From Eledone cirrhosa (lineage: Eukaryota), in NCBI GenBank assembly GCA_964016885.1, contig CAXHJY010000729.1, forward strand, positions 1-37,983: a DNA stretch of 37,983 nucleotides, written 5' to 3'. The translations under genes were made by a program, and so were the position numbers. Under the pieces are notes generated by a model, which did not search any database, had not been told where the DNA came from, and saw only the letters and a list, made by a program, of their open reading frames with translations. This document shows positions 10,740 through 22,409 of this stretch, piece after piece. Each line of letters begins with the position of its first letter. Positions within the stretch are counted from its first letter, which is position 1.

Positions 10740-11170
10740 ACTTTTTTAGGGCCACTTTTCCATACTTGCATGGGTCTTTTCCCTCCAACTACTGTGTTCC
10801 TTTGCTATCTCCTGTTAGTGAGATCTGCTCTCATCATCTCTGCCCAGGTCTTCATCTACTGCATTTGCTTCCTTCTTCTGGGAACTCACGACACATTTTC
10901 ACCCAACAATCAACACACATATACATCCTTTGTCCATATCAGTGCAGTCTTCTCTCTTGCACACTACATTTGATTCCTCTTATACCCAATTTGTTCTCTC
11001 AACTCAGCCAAGCTTTGCAGATCATACAAATTAACATGACACATCTATTAGAGTTTGCTTGCTCCATTTATTGCTCGTGTCTCACTTCCATGCAATATCA
11101 CATTTCACATGCAGGCATCATACAACTGGCCTGCCATCTGCAAGGAGAAACTTTTGTTGTCAGCAGAAGC
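10740..11170 (-). mobile_element. RTE-like LINE 3' fragment; a related plus-strand copy lies at ~17150-17410
   Basis: The reverse complement aligns by eye with 17160-17400 (GATGTAGTGTGCAAGA.AGAAGA.TG.ACTG.TATGGACA; GCAGTAGA.GAAGAC.TGGGCA). Confidence 0.6.
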
Positions 11171-11454
11171 AGTAGATCTCAATATGTAGAAAAGGAGAAG
11201 GTGGGAACTCTATCAAATGTTTACAATGTAAAACATGGGTACACGAGAGATGGAGAGATGTAGTGGGATAACAGGCAGACTAATAGAAAAGGTAGATTTT
11301 GTATGTAGATGTAGAGATAGTCAGTAGTAAGAGCCCACGTGTAATAAACTCTCACAATCCTAAGAATGCCCTATAGAAATTGTTGATAGGTTCTGTTACC
11401 TCAGTGGCAGTGGGGGAGGATGCTCTGAGAGTACAGTAGCTAGAATAAGGATAG

Positions 11455-11600
11455 GCTGGAAGGAAGGGCATCTAGTCGAGAAACAGTTCTGTATAAGCAA
11501 GACATGGTCACCTAATCAAACTTGTCTGAAATGGAACAATTTATCTTACCCATGCTAGTGTGGAAAAACGGACGTTAGACAGTGATAATGATGATGATGA
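11455..11600 (+). mobile_element. SINE family B 3' part, (GAT)n tail
   Basis: AGGAAGGGCATC.AG...ACCCATGCTAGTGTGGAAAA.GGACGTTA..(GAT)n. Other copies: 18930-19203(+), 19950-20310(+), 20359-20500(-), 23850-24185(-), 24630-24780(-), 27330-27500(-). Confidence 0.75.
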
Positions 11601-12329
11601 TATATATATATATATGAAAATTGGTTATGTTTTGGAAGCCACTGCAATGCAGGTGGAATAGTAAATAATAAGACAAATGCAGGTGAGGTTGAGTGGAAAA
11701 GAAAGAAAAAAATAAATGAACTAGAGATAATGTTATCTTGGAAATATTTATTGGTTTTACATTTCGGATGTACCATCCGTTGTCAAGGGGTCCAATGAGA
11801 ACCTTGGAAGATGTTGGAGAGGACCTTTCTTGACAATGGATGTTACATACATTCATTTTCTATATATAGTGTATATGATGCTCTGACAAATGTTCCTAAA
11901 TCATTTAATCTTTACAATTGTTTCAACACATTTTCTGAAATACATGAATGCATGGTCTCGTAACTTCCGAGGAAGTTGTAGGAGCGCCGTATTGATATAC
12001 AGTATTTTTAACCTGGTGGAGCCCATCTCCTCTTCAGGTCTGAATACAGCAGATTTCTTCCAGAGGAAGAATCAACCGTAGTAATAGACCGGTACTTTTT
12101 TTATCGACCTCAAATGGATGAAAGACAAAGTTGACCCTGGATGGATTTGAACTCAGCGAGCAGAGCCGAAATGAATATTGCAAAACCCTTTATCTGTCAT
12201 TCTAACGGCTATGCCAATTCGCCACTTGATGAGATACATACCCATCTAAATACATACTAGGTGTAAAGTATATGTATTCTTCCTCGTGCTTGTGTTATTA
12301 TTGTACTTATCATTGTCACTACTATTATT

Positions 12330-12700
12330 AATAGCTGTGACACATATTGCTAGTGGATGTGAGTAATTAGCAAAAAGACGTTATAAAATCCGGCATAATC
12401 TTATAACAAAGACTCCATTGGGAGTTGTGTAAAAAATACAACATAGAAACACAATGTCAGTGTCGCGAACATACTCCTTTTGAATCCTGCTTATCATGTG
12501 AGGGAGTATAGTTATTTGGGGACTTTCAGATCAAGACCACAAAGTCCAATATAACCGCCCGAATATTGTAAAAACAAACAATTCCACACAATTGACATTG
12601 CGATCCCTCAAGACGATAATGTAGCTGGAAATGAAATGGAAAAGATCAATAAATATACAGATCTTTCAGGTGCTATTAGAACTGATCACCACCATCACAA
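12330..12700 (+). mobile_element. R4/NeSL/Hero-like non-LTR retrotransposon fragment (zinc knuckle plus restriction-like endonuclease)
   Basis: Degenerate VTHIASGCE*LAKRRYKIRHN...HWELCKKY and IDIAIPQDDNVAGNEMEKINKYTDL motifs. Confidence 0.7.
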
Positions 12701-14732
12701 GCATTGCCAGAATCCTACGCAATATATTGAGGCTCTGAGATCAGGGATTGATCTGAGGCCAATTAACACGCTGCAACCGATTGCTAGAGAAACCTTACAT
12801 TATTATCATTGTTGATTTGGGTGGTAGATTGGCATTATCGGTAGAGCGTCAGACGCCATGCTTTGCAGCATAGGTATGGCCCTTTACGTTCTGAGTTCAA
12901 ATCCCGTCGAGGTTAACTTTGCCTTTCATCTTTACAGGGTTGATAAAATAAAGTACCAGTAATGCACTGAATATTTGCTGGTCTTGTGCCAAAAGTAGAA
13001 ACAATTATTATTATTGATTACATTTTGCCTACCCTAGTTATGTATTTAGTGAGAATTTTGTGTCAAAACAATTGTAAAGATTAAATGATTTAGGGACTTA
13101 CACTATGTCATTTTAATTTGTTTTATATATATATATCAACATATGTAATTTCACTTTTCACAAGTAGCATACACACACACATATGAAATGTATTTTCGAA
13201 ACACGTGATACGCGTGATTACGAATAACATGTTAAACTGAAATTTTGATCTCTCGTTCTTAATATATATATTTCTTTTAGGAATTCGCCCCTGTTCAGTT
13301 CCTGACTGGTATTAAAGTGGTGCGCGAAACAGCTGCCCAAAGAGTCTTTTCCTAATTTAAGATGGTATGATGTGATTTGAAAAATGTGGTTGCTATTTCT
13401 AACACGTCCAGCAAGCGCATAGAGATTTTCACTGCTTCGCCTGAAGTTAACATATTTGTTATTGTTATGGGTTTTAGCCAAAATGTTCTTATTGAAATTA
13501 GTAATTTTTACAGGATAGATTCTAAAAAAGCAAAAAAAAAAAGCTCGAACAACGTTACCATTTAAATCAAATAGTTCAGCAACACATAATCTGGGAGTCA
13601 TCCTCGTGTAAAAATTAGGAAGTAAAAACACAAATAAACATATTTATCGCCCTTTAGAAAACAGAACCATTTGTAATGTTGTGTAAACAACTGTGAAGTT
13701 CCTATTATTGTTACGGTCTTGCTTGCTGACATTAAACTTTATTTAATTAGATTTCATTTAATACTAAATACACTTTTCTATAAGAACAATGAGAACAAAC
13801 TTTCAACTATGTCCTGTACTTGTTGCTTTAGTATTTCCCCAGGTATATAGGAAGTTGTGGCTTTCATTGAGTAATTGATGCGAGGCAAGTGGAATAGATA
13901 CAACCACGACTCAAAGATAATTCTTCTAATCATTCCGTTGAAACAATAAATATGCATCTAGTGATATTTAGAGGTAAGAGCTAGGAAATAGGATAGCCAT
14001 GGCAGCTAAAATAAGCAATATACGAATGTTGACTGAAAAGTTCACAAGCTGACCAAGATACTCTCATGAAATGACAAAATGGGGTTCATTTTACAACATA
14101 GTCTCTGGAAAGAAACAATACAAGAAGAGTTGAAATTGATGCATGCAAGACTTCACAGTTCTAGCGCCACATAGTCAGCAAACCCTCGTAAATGTAAGTG
14201 AAATGAAACCACATCATGAATTCGGCTCACAAGGATTCAACATTGCTTACTTCATGAAAGTATTACCGTTTCTCTTTCTGCAAGGGTAAAACATATAAAT
14301 CAAAGACAACCGTTTTCTTTTTAAAATAACTTTTTTTAACTAAAAGTTAAATAAATATATTTAAATTGAAAGACGTAGATAACGGAAATTGTTATATTTC
14401 AACTAATTAAATTTTGTAGTTGGGATTAAAACCACGAATTAATACTTTAGAACCAACAGCAAAACTAAAATTTTAGAATTATAAAGAAAATCAATCTGAA
14501 AAATAATTTATATAACTTATTTAGGGATGAAATGTAATGAATGTGGTAAAGGAAACTAGTGAGTGTGCAAGTAAAGGGACATAACTAAATATTGTTTCTA
14601 CTTTTGGCACAAGGCCAGCAATTACCCAGTGCATTACTGGTACTTTATTTTATCGACCCCGTAAGGATGAAAGGCAAAGTTAACCTCGGCGGGATTTGAA
14701 CTCAGAATGGCAAGGGACATAACTAAATATTG

Positions 14733-15300
14733 CCATCCTCAGGCTCGATCTCTGGATCTACGAGTCACACAACTGTTGCTGGGGATCCAACATACAATCT
14801 CTTGGTCTTCACCCACTATCATGCCACTTCAGTGCTGGTCGCCTCTTACGAGATAATAAAGCATGGCTTGGACGCCAAAAGCTTCCCTCACAGTTCGAGG
14901 CTTCAGGGATAGATCGAGGGGGACGGCAGAAGGCTTAGCAGGCATCAAGATCTCCCCGTTCTGTGGTGGTAAGCCCCTCATCTGGGACGCATCATGCAAT
15001 CATAACTTTTTCCAGCAGCAACTTGGTGCATTCAGCCATAGATCCAGTCTTTGATATCCAAACAAGTTGAAGATTGCAAGCTGTTGAAGTATCGAAGGCT
15101 CTCTAATCGGTTTGTCGTAGAACTTGTAGTAGTGGAGACTTGTGGCGTTCTTGGTTCCTGGACCACCTTCCTACTGACTACTATCAGGACAGAATTGGCC
15201 ACCCGCGTGAGTGAGCCCCGAGAGTTGGAATTCCAACGCATCTTCACCGCCATCCTACAGGGTAACGCTTTCTCCATCCTGTCTACTGGATCCAGAGGGT
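14733..15300 (+). mobile_element. CRE-clade non-LTR retrotransposon C-terminal fragment (zinc finger plus RLE)
   Basis: Across frameshifts: LRLDLWIYESHNCC..LGLHPLSCHFSAGRL..GIDRGDGRR..PFCGGKPLIWDASC..KYRRLSNRF..VETCGVLG..FQRIFTAILQGNA. Confidence 0.85.
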
Positions 15301-15399
15301 AGCGATCACCTGCGCTCCTCCACACCATCATTAGGGTAGCAATGTTTGAGAACACTTTTGGGATTTCATGCAACTGTGGCAATACATTCGTAATGTGTA

Positions 15400-15640
15400 T
15401 AAATGGAAATATTTAGAGAAGAAAATGTCTATGGAACAAAGCTGTGGCCTGACCGATCGCTTCCTCTTTGTACCGATTTCGATCGAGACCTCTGGTGTCC
15501 TTGTTTCCCGCACTGCTGATTTCCTCTGTAAAACCGTGATGATGGTGGTCCGCTTGAGGAGGGAGCCGCGTAAGGTGGAGTGGCTCTTGCAGCGGGTGCT
15601 AGTTTTGTTCTCTGAAAAGATAGGATAACTGTCATCTCGG
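15400..15640 (+). mobile_element. Second CRE RLE fragment, directly downstream of the first
   Basis: GLTDRFLFVPISIETSGVL...LRREPRKVEWLLQRV. Related remnants at ~25560-25720(+) and ~30435-30680(+). Confidence 0.75.
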
Positions 15641-15999
15641 GGTGAATATTTTACATACTTATAAAACAATATGTTGTATTAAGAACACTTCAAGTCAATT
15701 CTGTAGCAGTCGAGTCGTAACCATCTCCTGTATGTTTTTACTTTTCTTTTTTACTCTAGTTGTAGGATGTCCTGGACAGCATTATTCAATAAATCCTTCT
15801 TTTTTATTACGTGGGTTGTGATTTGAGTGACGATTTAGATGCAATTTCAAACAGAGTAACCATGTAGAGGCTCCCTAATTGATATCATTGCCGTGAGTCT
15901 ATCATGCAGAAAGACCATTTCAAAATTATTGGTTCATTTACTGCCACAGTGTTGATTTTTTTAAAAGGGAGATAATTCTAATCACACCTTTTTTTTGTT

Positions 16000-16066
16000 C
16001 CTTAAATCAATCGGATTTGTTTTGTAATGCCTGACACGAATTTGTGAATTATTTGAAAAGGTGAGT
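16000..16066 (+). other. Possible 5'-UTR first exon of NSMCE2 ending at donor 16060|16061
   Basis: Perfect donor AAG|GTGAGT about 1.8 kb upstream of the acceptor at 17821, followed by a locally CpG-richer stretch. The start coordinate is a guess. Confidence 0.4.
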
Positions 16067-17416
16067 TATTGGTGAAAAGCAAAAAATGTTTTCAATTATG
16101 AATATGAAGTAATGAAGTTGTATTTTAGTAGGGGGCGCCTTAAACCGCGTTTTTTTTTGTTTGAAAACGGCATAGTATATGTCAGTGTGATATGAAAAAT
16201 AACATTTTCTTCCTGCAACGAAGAGCTCTACTCGAAAAGTTAGGGTTCGTTTTTTTTATTATTTTAAATTCTTATGTAATTCGTTTTATACAAGCGAACG
16301 GGGAAGCCCCAGTCATCATTTACGTTATTGCCATAAACTAAAAAGGATTTAAAAAACAGACAGTGCAAACACAAACGTCATTAAATTTTCTAAAGAAACA
16401 AACGATAATGCTTGAACAGTTATTAAATTATTCAATATATGTATATTTAATGTTTTTAAAGTAAAAAAAGTAATTGTATAACATTCTCACTGATAATAGT
16501 GTTTGATCTTATACAGTAGTCTCTTAATTAGATTGTTTTTGTATAAGTGTCGAATAAAGAAACCATGCATCTGTATATTATTATTTTTATTATTAAATCA
16601 AATCCCGCCGAGGTTAACTTTGCCTTTCATTTTTACGAGGTCGATAAAATAAAGCACCAGCAACGTACTGGGGTCGATTTATCGACTTTCCCCTCCCCCA
16701 AATTACTGGCCTTGTGCCTATATAAGAAATCATTATTATTACTAACTAGCAAAAAACCCACCCTTCGGTTTTCTGCTAGCATGTGTAATGTGTATATTGA
16801 TATTATACGCAAGTATATATACATGTAGATATGATACATCAAATAAAATCGTAATTGACAACATATAATACATAGAAATTGAACGAAGACTGTGTTACAC
16901 TGTCTTATGTAATCAGTAACGTAATCCATGATACATTAAAAAAGACGATATTATATATAAACTGCATTAGGAGAAAATTTATGTTTATTTAAGCGATGGC
17001 CATCATTCTAGTAGGATTTAAATTCTGAATATAAAGTGCGGTAATTAAATATTGCATGGTATTTTGTCTGACCAGTAGAGAAAGACATTTTATAGACATA
17101 ATTTTAGAGATCTGAAAAAAAAACCCTATCATTCCTGATGCTACAAAAACGCAGAGGAAACGCCAAGTATTGATGAGTTGAGAGAAAAACTTGGCACAAG
17201 AGGAACCAGATGTAGTGTGCAAGAAAGAAGATTGTACTGGTATGGACATGCGATGTGTACGGATGGTGATTGCCAGATGAAGAAGTGCCAAGAAATCCCA
17301 GTGGAAGAAAGTTGCAGTAGAGGAAGACTTGGGCACAAGTGGTAAGAACCGAGCTCATGATGATGAACTTCACAAAGGATATGACAAAAGAATGCAACAG
17401 GAAGCTGTGTTTGGAA

Positions 17417-17685
17417 ACTGTGCTAGTCTTCCTTATAAGCTAAATAAACTATAGCTTAGGATCATGCACCCTTAAGGGCTTCATTTAAAAAAATATATTT
17501 TTCTATGTGGTAAATAGAATAAATCAATTAATTAGTTAAAAGGAATGTTTTGTAACTAATTTAATCTTGTCATTAATAAATAATAATCATGTATAATTAT
17601 TTAAAATATTTTTACATAGTGTTCTTTAGAGAAGGGCCTCAAATTTCATATAGCCTAGAACCTCAGCAAATGAAAGTCTGGCCCT
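17417..17685. mobile_element. hAT-like MITE remnant; an inverted related copy lies at ~27795-27856
   Basis: TATAAGCTAAATAA.CTATAGCTTAGG at ~17432 is the reverse complement of CCTAAGCTATAGCTTATTTAGCTTATA at ~27814. The superfamily call is from recall. Confidence 0.45.
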
Positions 17686-17847
17686 CGGAAAAGACCCATC
17701 CAACCACGCAAGCATTGGAAAACAATTGTAAAAAGATGACGTGAAGTTATGTTTTAAATTTGCACAAGAACATTATAAAAACCTTATATTCAAAGCATAC
17801 TTGATTATTTTTTTTTAACAGTTTCTATTTGACAGAACTTTTCCAAA

Positions 17848-17974
17848 ATGTCAAACCCCCAGTTTACTATGTTGGACCAGTCTGTGTCCACTTTAGAAAA
17901 GATTGGCAGCTACATGTTTGCTGGAATGGAAACTGTAATGGACTGCACACAGGATCTAACAGAACAAAGTACAG
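17848..17974 (+). CDS. NSMCE2: NSMCE2 coding exon 1 (MSNPQFTMLDQSVSTLEKIGSYMFAGMETVMDCTQDLTEQST)
   Basis: Acceptor ttttttaacag at 17821, ATG at 17848, donor CAG|GTAATA, 127 nt, phase 1. Resembles the vertebrate NSE2 N-terminus (SALSSLK...GMDTASSVALDLVE). Confidence 0.88.
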
Positions 17975-18559
17975 GTAATAAAAGTAATATAGTTAATATG
18001 AAGCATTGTGGAATATATAATAAATGACTGATAAGTTTCAGAAAGCCAGTACAATAAAAGGCAAAAGATGACAAACAAAATAAAGTCATGTTTTTACCCA
18101 GTATATTTCAGGGCCATACCCTCTTTTCAAATGTAAAAACAAAAATAGGTTCAAAACAAAATGAAAGATTGATGTGTTCTTCCACGATTGGTCCATTTTA
18201 TTTTGAACAATTTTCGTTTTTACATTTGAAAAGAGGGTATTAGACCTGAAATATTATGTTCAGTGTGCTGATACACATCTTTTTCCATTCGGTGAATTTA
18301 CACACCCCCATTATTAGACTATATCATAGTAAAAAATATTACGGCGAAGCTTCTATTTCTATTTTGATTCTAAACTTCGTTTGCCGCATTCCAAACAGAA
18401 TTCCTTAATTTATTTTGTTTTATTTGTCATCCTTTGCCCTATATATATTTCTACCACATTGTACCAGCTTTCTGAAACTTATTATTAGTTATTAATAAAA
18501 GTAAATTTATTTTATTACTTATGTAAAAAAAAAATGAGAACTTGAATGGCTGTATAGAT

Positions 18560-18850
18560 AGAACACTGGATAAGTAATTGAACAATCACTGGTTTGTTAG
18601 CAGTGAGGGAACAGATGCTGTTTACTTGAGAGAAGACTACGTTGGTATGGTCACGTGATGTGCATGAAAGACGACAGCTGTATAAAAAAGTGCAGGGCGA
18701 TCAAAATTGATGGAAGTTATGGAGTAGGTAGACCCAGAAAAACCTGGGACAATTTGATAAATTCCAACCTTACACACTTGCACCTCTCTAAGACCCACCT
18801 TGCCTATGTACAACGTGAAACCTACAGTCAGTAGGCACCTCTTAACCAAA
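18560..18850 (+). mobile_element. RTE-clade LINE 3' fragment
   Basis: RRLRWYGHVMCMKDDSCIKKCRAIKIDGSYGVGRPRKTWDNLI. Confidence 0.85.
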
Positions 18851-19334
18851 TATACACCCTAACCCACTACCCCTACTCCATCCTCCCACTCCCACCAACA
18901 CCACCCTTTCTTTGTAAAGTTATGTTGGTACCACGACATTCAGTCCAAACTAAATGAGGTCGTATAGGTGTCACAACAAAAAACACACAGCCCACACTGT
19001 AATGTGACTGTGTAGGTAACACAGTAAAAACCTCCCAGTCCACACTGTAAATGTGGTTGGTGTTAGGAAGGGCATCCAGCCATAGAAAACCTGCTAGATA
19101 GTCCTATACGAGCGAGACATGGTCACCCGACCAATCTTGCCTCAAGTGGGACAATTCCCATCTAACCCATGCTAGTGTGGAAGATAGACGTTAAATGATG
19201 ATGTAGTGTCTGTACTTAAGATACTAATCTACTCAACTCTAAATATGTACAACACATTACTGTAAGCATGCACACACATGTATGTACATGCTAAACACAT
19301 GTACATTTGAAATAATTGTAGGTATACCTTATTG

Positions 19335-19650
19335 CTAGTGGCAGTGAATTGGTAGAGTCATTAGAATGTTGGATAGAATGCTTTGCAGTATTCGTTTTGG
19401 CATTCTGCTCTCTGAGTTCAAATATTGCCAAGGTCAACTTTGCCTTTCATCCATTTGAGGTCAATAAAAAAAGTATCAGTCTAGTATTAGTGTCAATTCT
19501 TCCTCTATATCTCTTTCCCACTTCCTCTCTTTCACTTTCTATCTATCTCTGGAAGAAATCTGCCGTGTCAGACCTGGAGACGAGATGGGCTTTGCTAGGC
19601 TATAAAAAACGACTCCCTCGGGAGTTATGGGACCATATCATACATTATTA
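19335..19650 (+). mobile_element. SINE family A variant with a different 3' half; second copy at 26577-26880
   Basis: Shares the GGCAGTGAATTGG.AGAGTCATTAGAATG head and B-box, then CTAGTA...GAAGAAATCT.C.GTG.CAG...CGACTCCCTC.GGAGTTA.GGACCATA in both copies. Confidence 0.7.
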
Positions 19651-19682
19651 CCTCATTCTCACTATTTTTATTTATTTTTCAG

Positions 19683-19792
19683 CTGATAATACCAAAGAAA
19701 TTGATGAGATGAGACAGATAATGTACAAATATATTGAGATGGAACGAGAGTTGAAACATTATGAAACTGCTATTCAAACTGTCAAAGAAATG
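19683..19792 (+). CDS. NSMCE2: NSMCE2 coding exon 2 (ADNTKEIDEMRQIMYKYIEMERELKHYETAIQTVKEM)
   Basis: Acceptor tttttcag, donor ATG|GTAAAT, 110 nt, phase 1 to 0. Matches the NSE2 helical region (MDKAMVEFATLDRQLNHYVKAVQ). Confidence 0.92.
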
Positions 19793-20794
19793 GTAAATTT
19801 CATGGTACCTTAAATACATTTTTGTAAACTTCAGTTCTGTTGTTGATAAAATTGTCATTTGATGTCACATTTTTGAGCTGTGATAAACATAGAAAAGGGT
19901 TATTTTTATTATGTTATCAAGTTAGTGTTAGCTCATGCTGGTGAATCAGCATCCAGTCACACCTACCTGTAAAGTAATCATATTAGTAACACAACAAAAA
20001 GCACCCAGTTCACCCTCTAAAGTGGTCGTTTTGGTGACAATAAAAAGCACTCAGACCACTCTGTAAGGTGGTCCTACTTGTGACACAATGAAAAGGTACT
20101 CAGTCCAACTTCTGAGTGTGTTGTTTTGGTGCCACAATAAAAAGCACCCATTTCCATCTGTAAATGTGGTTGGTGTTAGGAAGGGCATCCAGCCATAGAA
20201 ACCAAGCCAGAAATAGTTCTGTATGAGCAAGACACAGTCATCTGATCTGGCAGCTCATCTAAGCCATGCTAACATAGAAAAAATGGACATTAAATGGTGA
20301 TGATGATGATTAGACTGCTGATTCATGGGATATGAGTTTGAATCTGTTATTGGTGTTTCATCATCATCATCATTTAATGTCCGCTTTCCCTTCTAGCAAT
20401 GGTTGGACGGGACGGATCTCTCAGACAGGCCGAGGGGTCTGCATTGCATGGTCATACATTCTGTCAAGTGCAGAGGAGTTGTCATGTCCTTTCACACAAA
20501 CTGAAGGATCTTGTTCTTGATAAATTTTCTAGGTAATGTTACTTGTGGTAGACAAGTTCATGGAATATATTTGTCTTGCATCAGATGTATTTGGCAGTAC
20601 CCAGAGTTAGACATTGATCCTATAGAAAATACATAATGTAAGTTATATTTCTACTTGGTACCTAAGTGGCACAAAAGTTTAAAGTATAAAATACTTTTAT
20701 TTTAGCATTAAAAAATGTTTATTTTGGTTAGGCAAGCCACAGTAGCTGAAAAACAGTGCAATGGTTGTAAATAATGCAGGTATTCAGTGAAGGT

Positions 20795-21085
20795 GAAAGC
20801 GCGTGGCTTAGTGGTTAAAGAATGGGATTCACAATCATGAGGTTGTGAATTTGATTGCTTGCCCGCCAATGCATTATTTCCTTGAGCAAGACACTTTATT
20901 TTATGTTGATCCTTCTGCCAGGAGTTGCGACCAGTAGATAGTATTAACAATTGGGAAGACCAATGAGAACATTGTTTCCTTGGTCCAATCTAACAAGTTC
21001 CACCCCACTTGGTATACAAATGAGATCTGGGATTGTGTCGATTCGGATGATTCAGTAAATGCAGCATTACTCTACCATGAGTGTA
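20795..21085 (+). mobile_element. tRNA-derived SINE family C
   Basis: A-box-like GTGGCTTAGTGGTTAA, a degenerate B-box, then the common SINE core motif CCTTGAGCAAGACACTT. Confidence 0.6.
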
Positions 21086-22258
21086 TTAATAATGTTTATT
21101 TACATTTCTCTGTGTATATATATATAATTGTTTCTACATTTGGCACAAGGCCAGCAATTACCCAGTGCAATACTGGTACTTTATTTTATCGACCCCGTAA
21201 GGATGAAAGGCAAAGTTGACTTCGGCAGGAATTGAACTCAGACTGTAAAGACCGTAACTCTTTGTTGCAAAGCATGGCGTCCGACCTTCTACCGGTACTG
21301 CCAATCCACTCAGGCTTCTGTCTGCTACTAGTGATATGTAACCCAATACAACTTGCTTCATGGTGGAGTGGTGGGTGACTAAACTGGGTCTCCCACTAGA
21401 TCCAGGTCTAGTGAGGAGGTTGAAACCCTCAGCAGCACAACAAACAAGAGCTGTTAAAAGGGCAGATGAACTCCCCAGAGTTAACAGCCATCCACATAAA
21501 TTATGGGTTAAATAGCCTCACAAACCTGCAATTGGCCAAGCATGATGAGTACAGCTACACCCCTGACACAACCAAAACCAAACAGAAAGCGGTGGAGGTC
21601 AATCAGGGAGGGGTTCCACCACCATGAGTGAGAAAGCCCTTGATTAGATTGGATGGAGGTCAACCAGGGAGGGGTTCCTCTAACAGGAGTGATAAGTATA
21701 AGATTGGTATATGAATGAGCATGCATACTTGTAGGCATATGTATAAATGTACGTTTGTGTATTCTATTTTGTGTACAAGTATTTATACTGATACATGTGT
21801 ATCAATCCAAATAATGCAGGATTGCAACCCTGGTGATAAAACCAGACTTGCCAATCTCTAAAACCCCAAACAGGAGGTACCATGAAAAAAAGTGCCCCAA
21901 AACAGGGAGAAATGAGGCAAAATGGAGAGATTTTACATAATGAAAGCTATACCCATTTTCACAAGAGAAGACATCTATCACCCACCCCAAAGTGAGTGGG
22001 AGATCTCTCCGTCGGATGGGGAGAGTTGACAGGCCTGAAACCAGTAAAAGTGATAGGATGAAGTGAAGCAGGTACATTGAAGTAATTTAAACAAGCGGCA
22101 GTATATAGTTAATAAGTTCTGAAGAACAGAGCATTAGAGCAGAGACAAAACAAGGGTAAAGCACAAGGGTTAATTAAAAAACCTGTTTAGTTAATTTAAC
22201 TGTGATAATAAATTAAATCATTAATTCAGTATCATTTTCTTATTGAAAATTTAATTAG

Positions 22259-22409
22259 GGAAGTGCGACAACAGAAAATGAGGAAAGTATTCCTTATTTA
22301 ACATGTTTGAGAGAAAATCTAGAAAAATTGAAAGAAAAAGACTGTGAAAATGATATAACAAATCATGAAAAATATGTGAAACTTTCTGAACTATACCAAC
22401 AGGAAGAAA
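22259..22409 (+). CDS. NSMCE2: NSMCE2 coding exon 3 (GSATTENEESIPYLTCLRENLEKLKEKDCENDITNHEKYVKLSELYQQEE)
   Basis: 151 nt, phase 0 to 1, donor A|GTAAGT. NHEKYVKL matches NNEKFVQF. The acceptor (aatttaattag) has a weak pyrimidine tract, so the 5' boundary is less certain. Confidence 0.82.

Noticed and set aside
12815-12910. tRNA-like A-box and B-box sequences here and in other SINE heads
   Set aside because: No cloverleaf can be folded, and each is followed by the same SINE body.
16239-16247. GTTAGGGTT telomeric-like motif; also CCCTAACCC near 18858
   Set aside because: Only about 1.5 units with no supporting structure; expected by chance.
19349-19682. N-terminal part of the 154-aa ORF
   Set aside because: It is SINE and intron sequence read through in frame; only 19683-19792 is exon.
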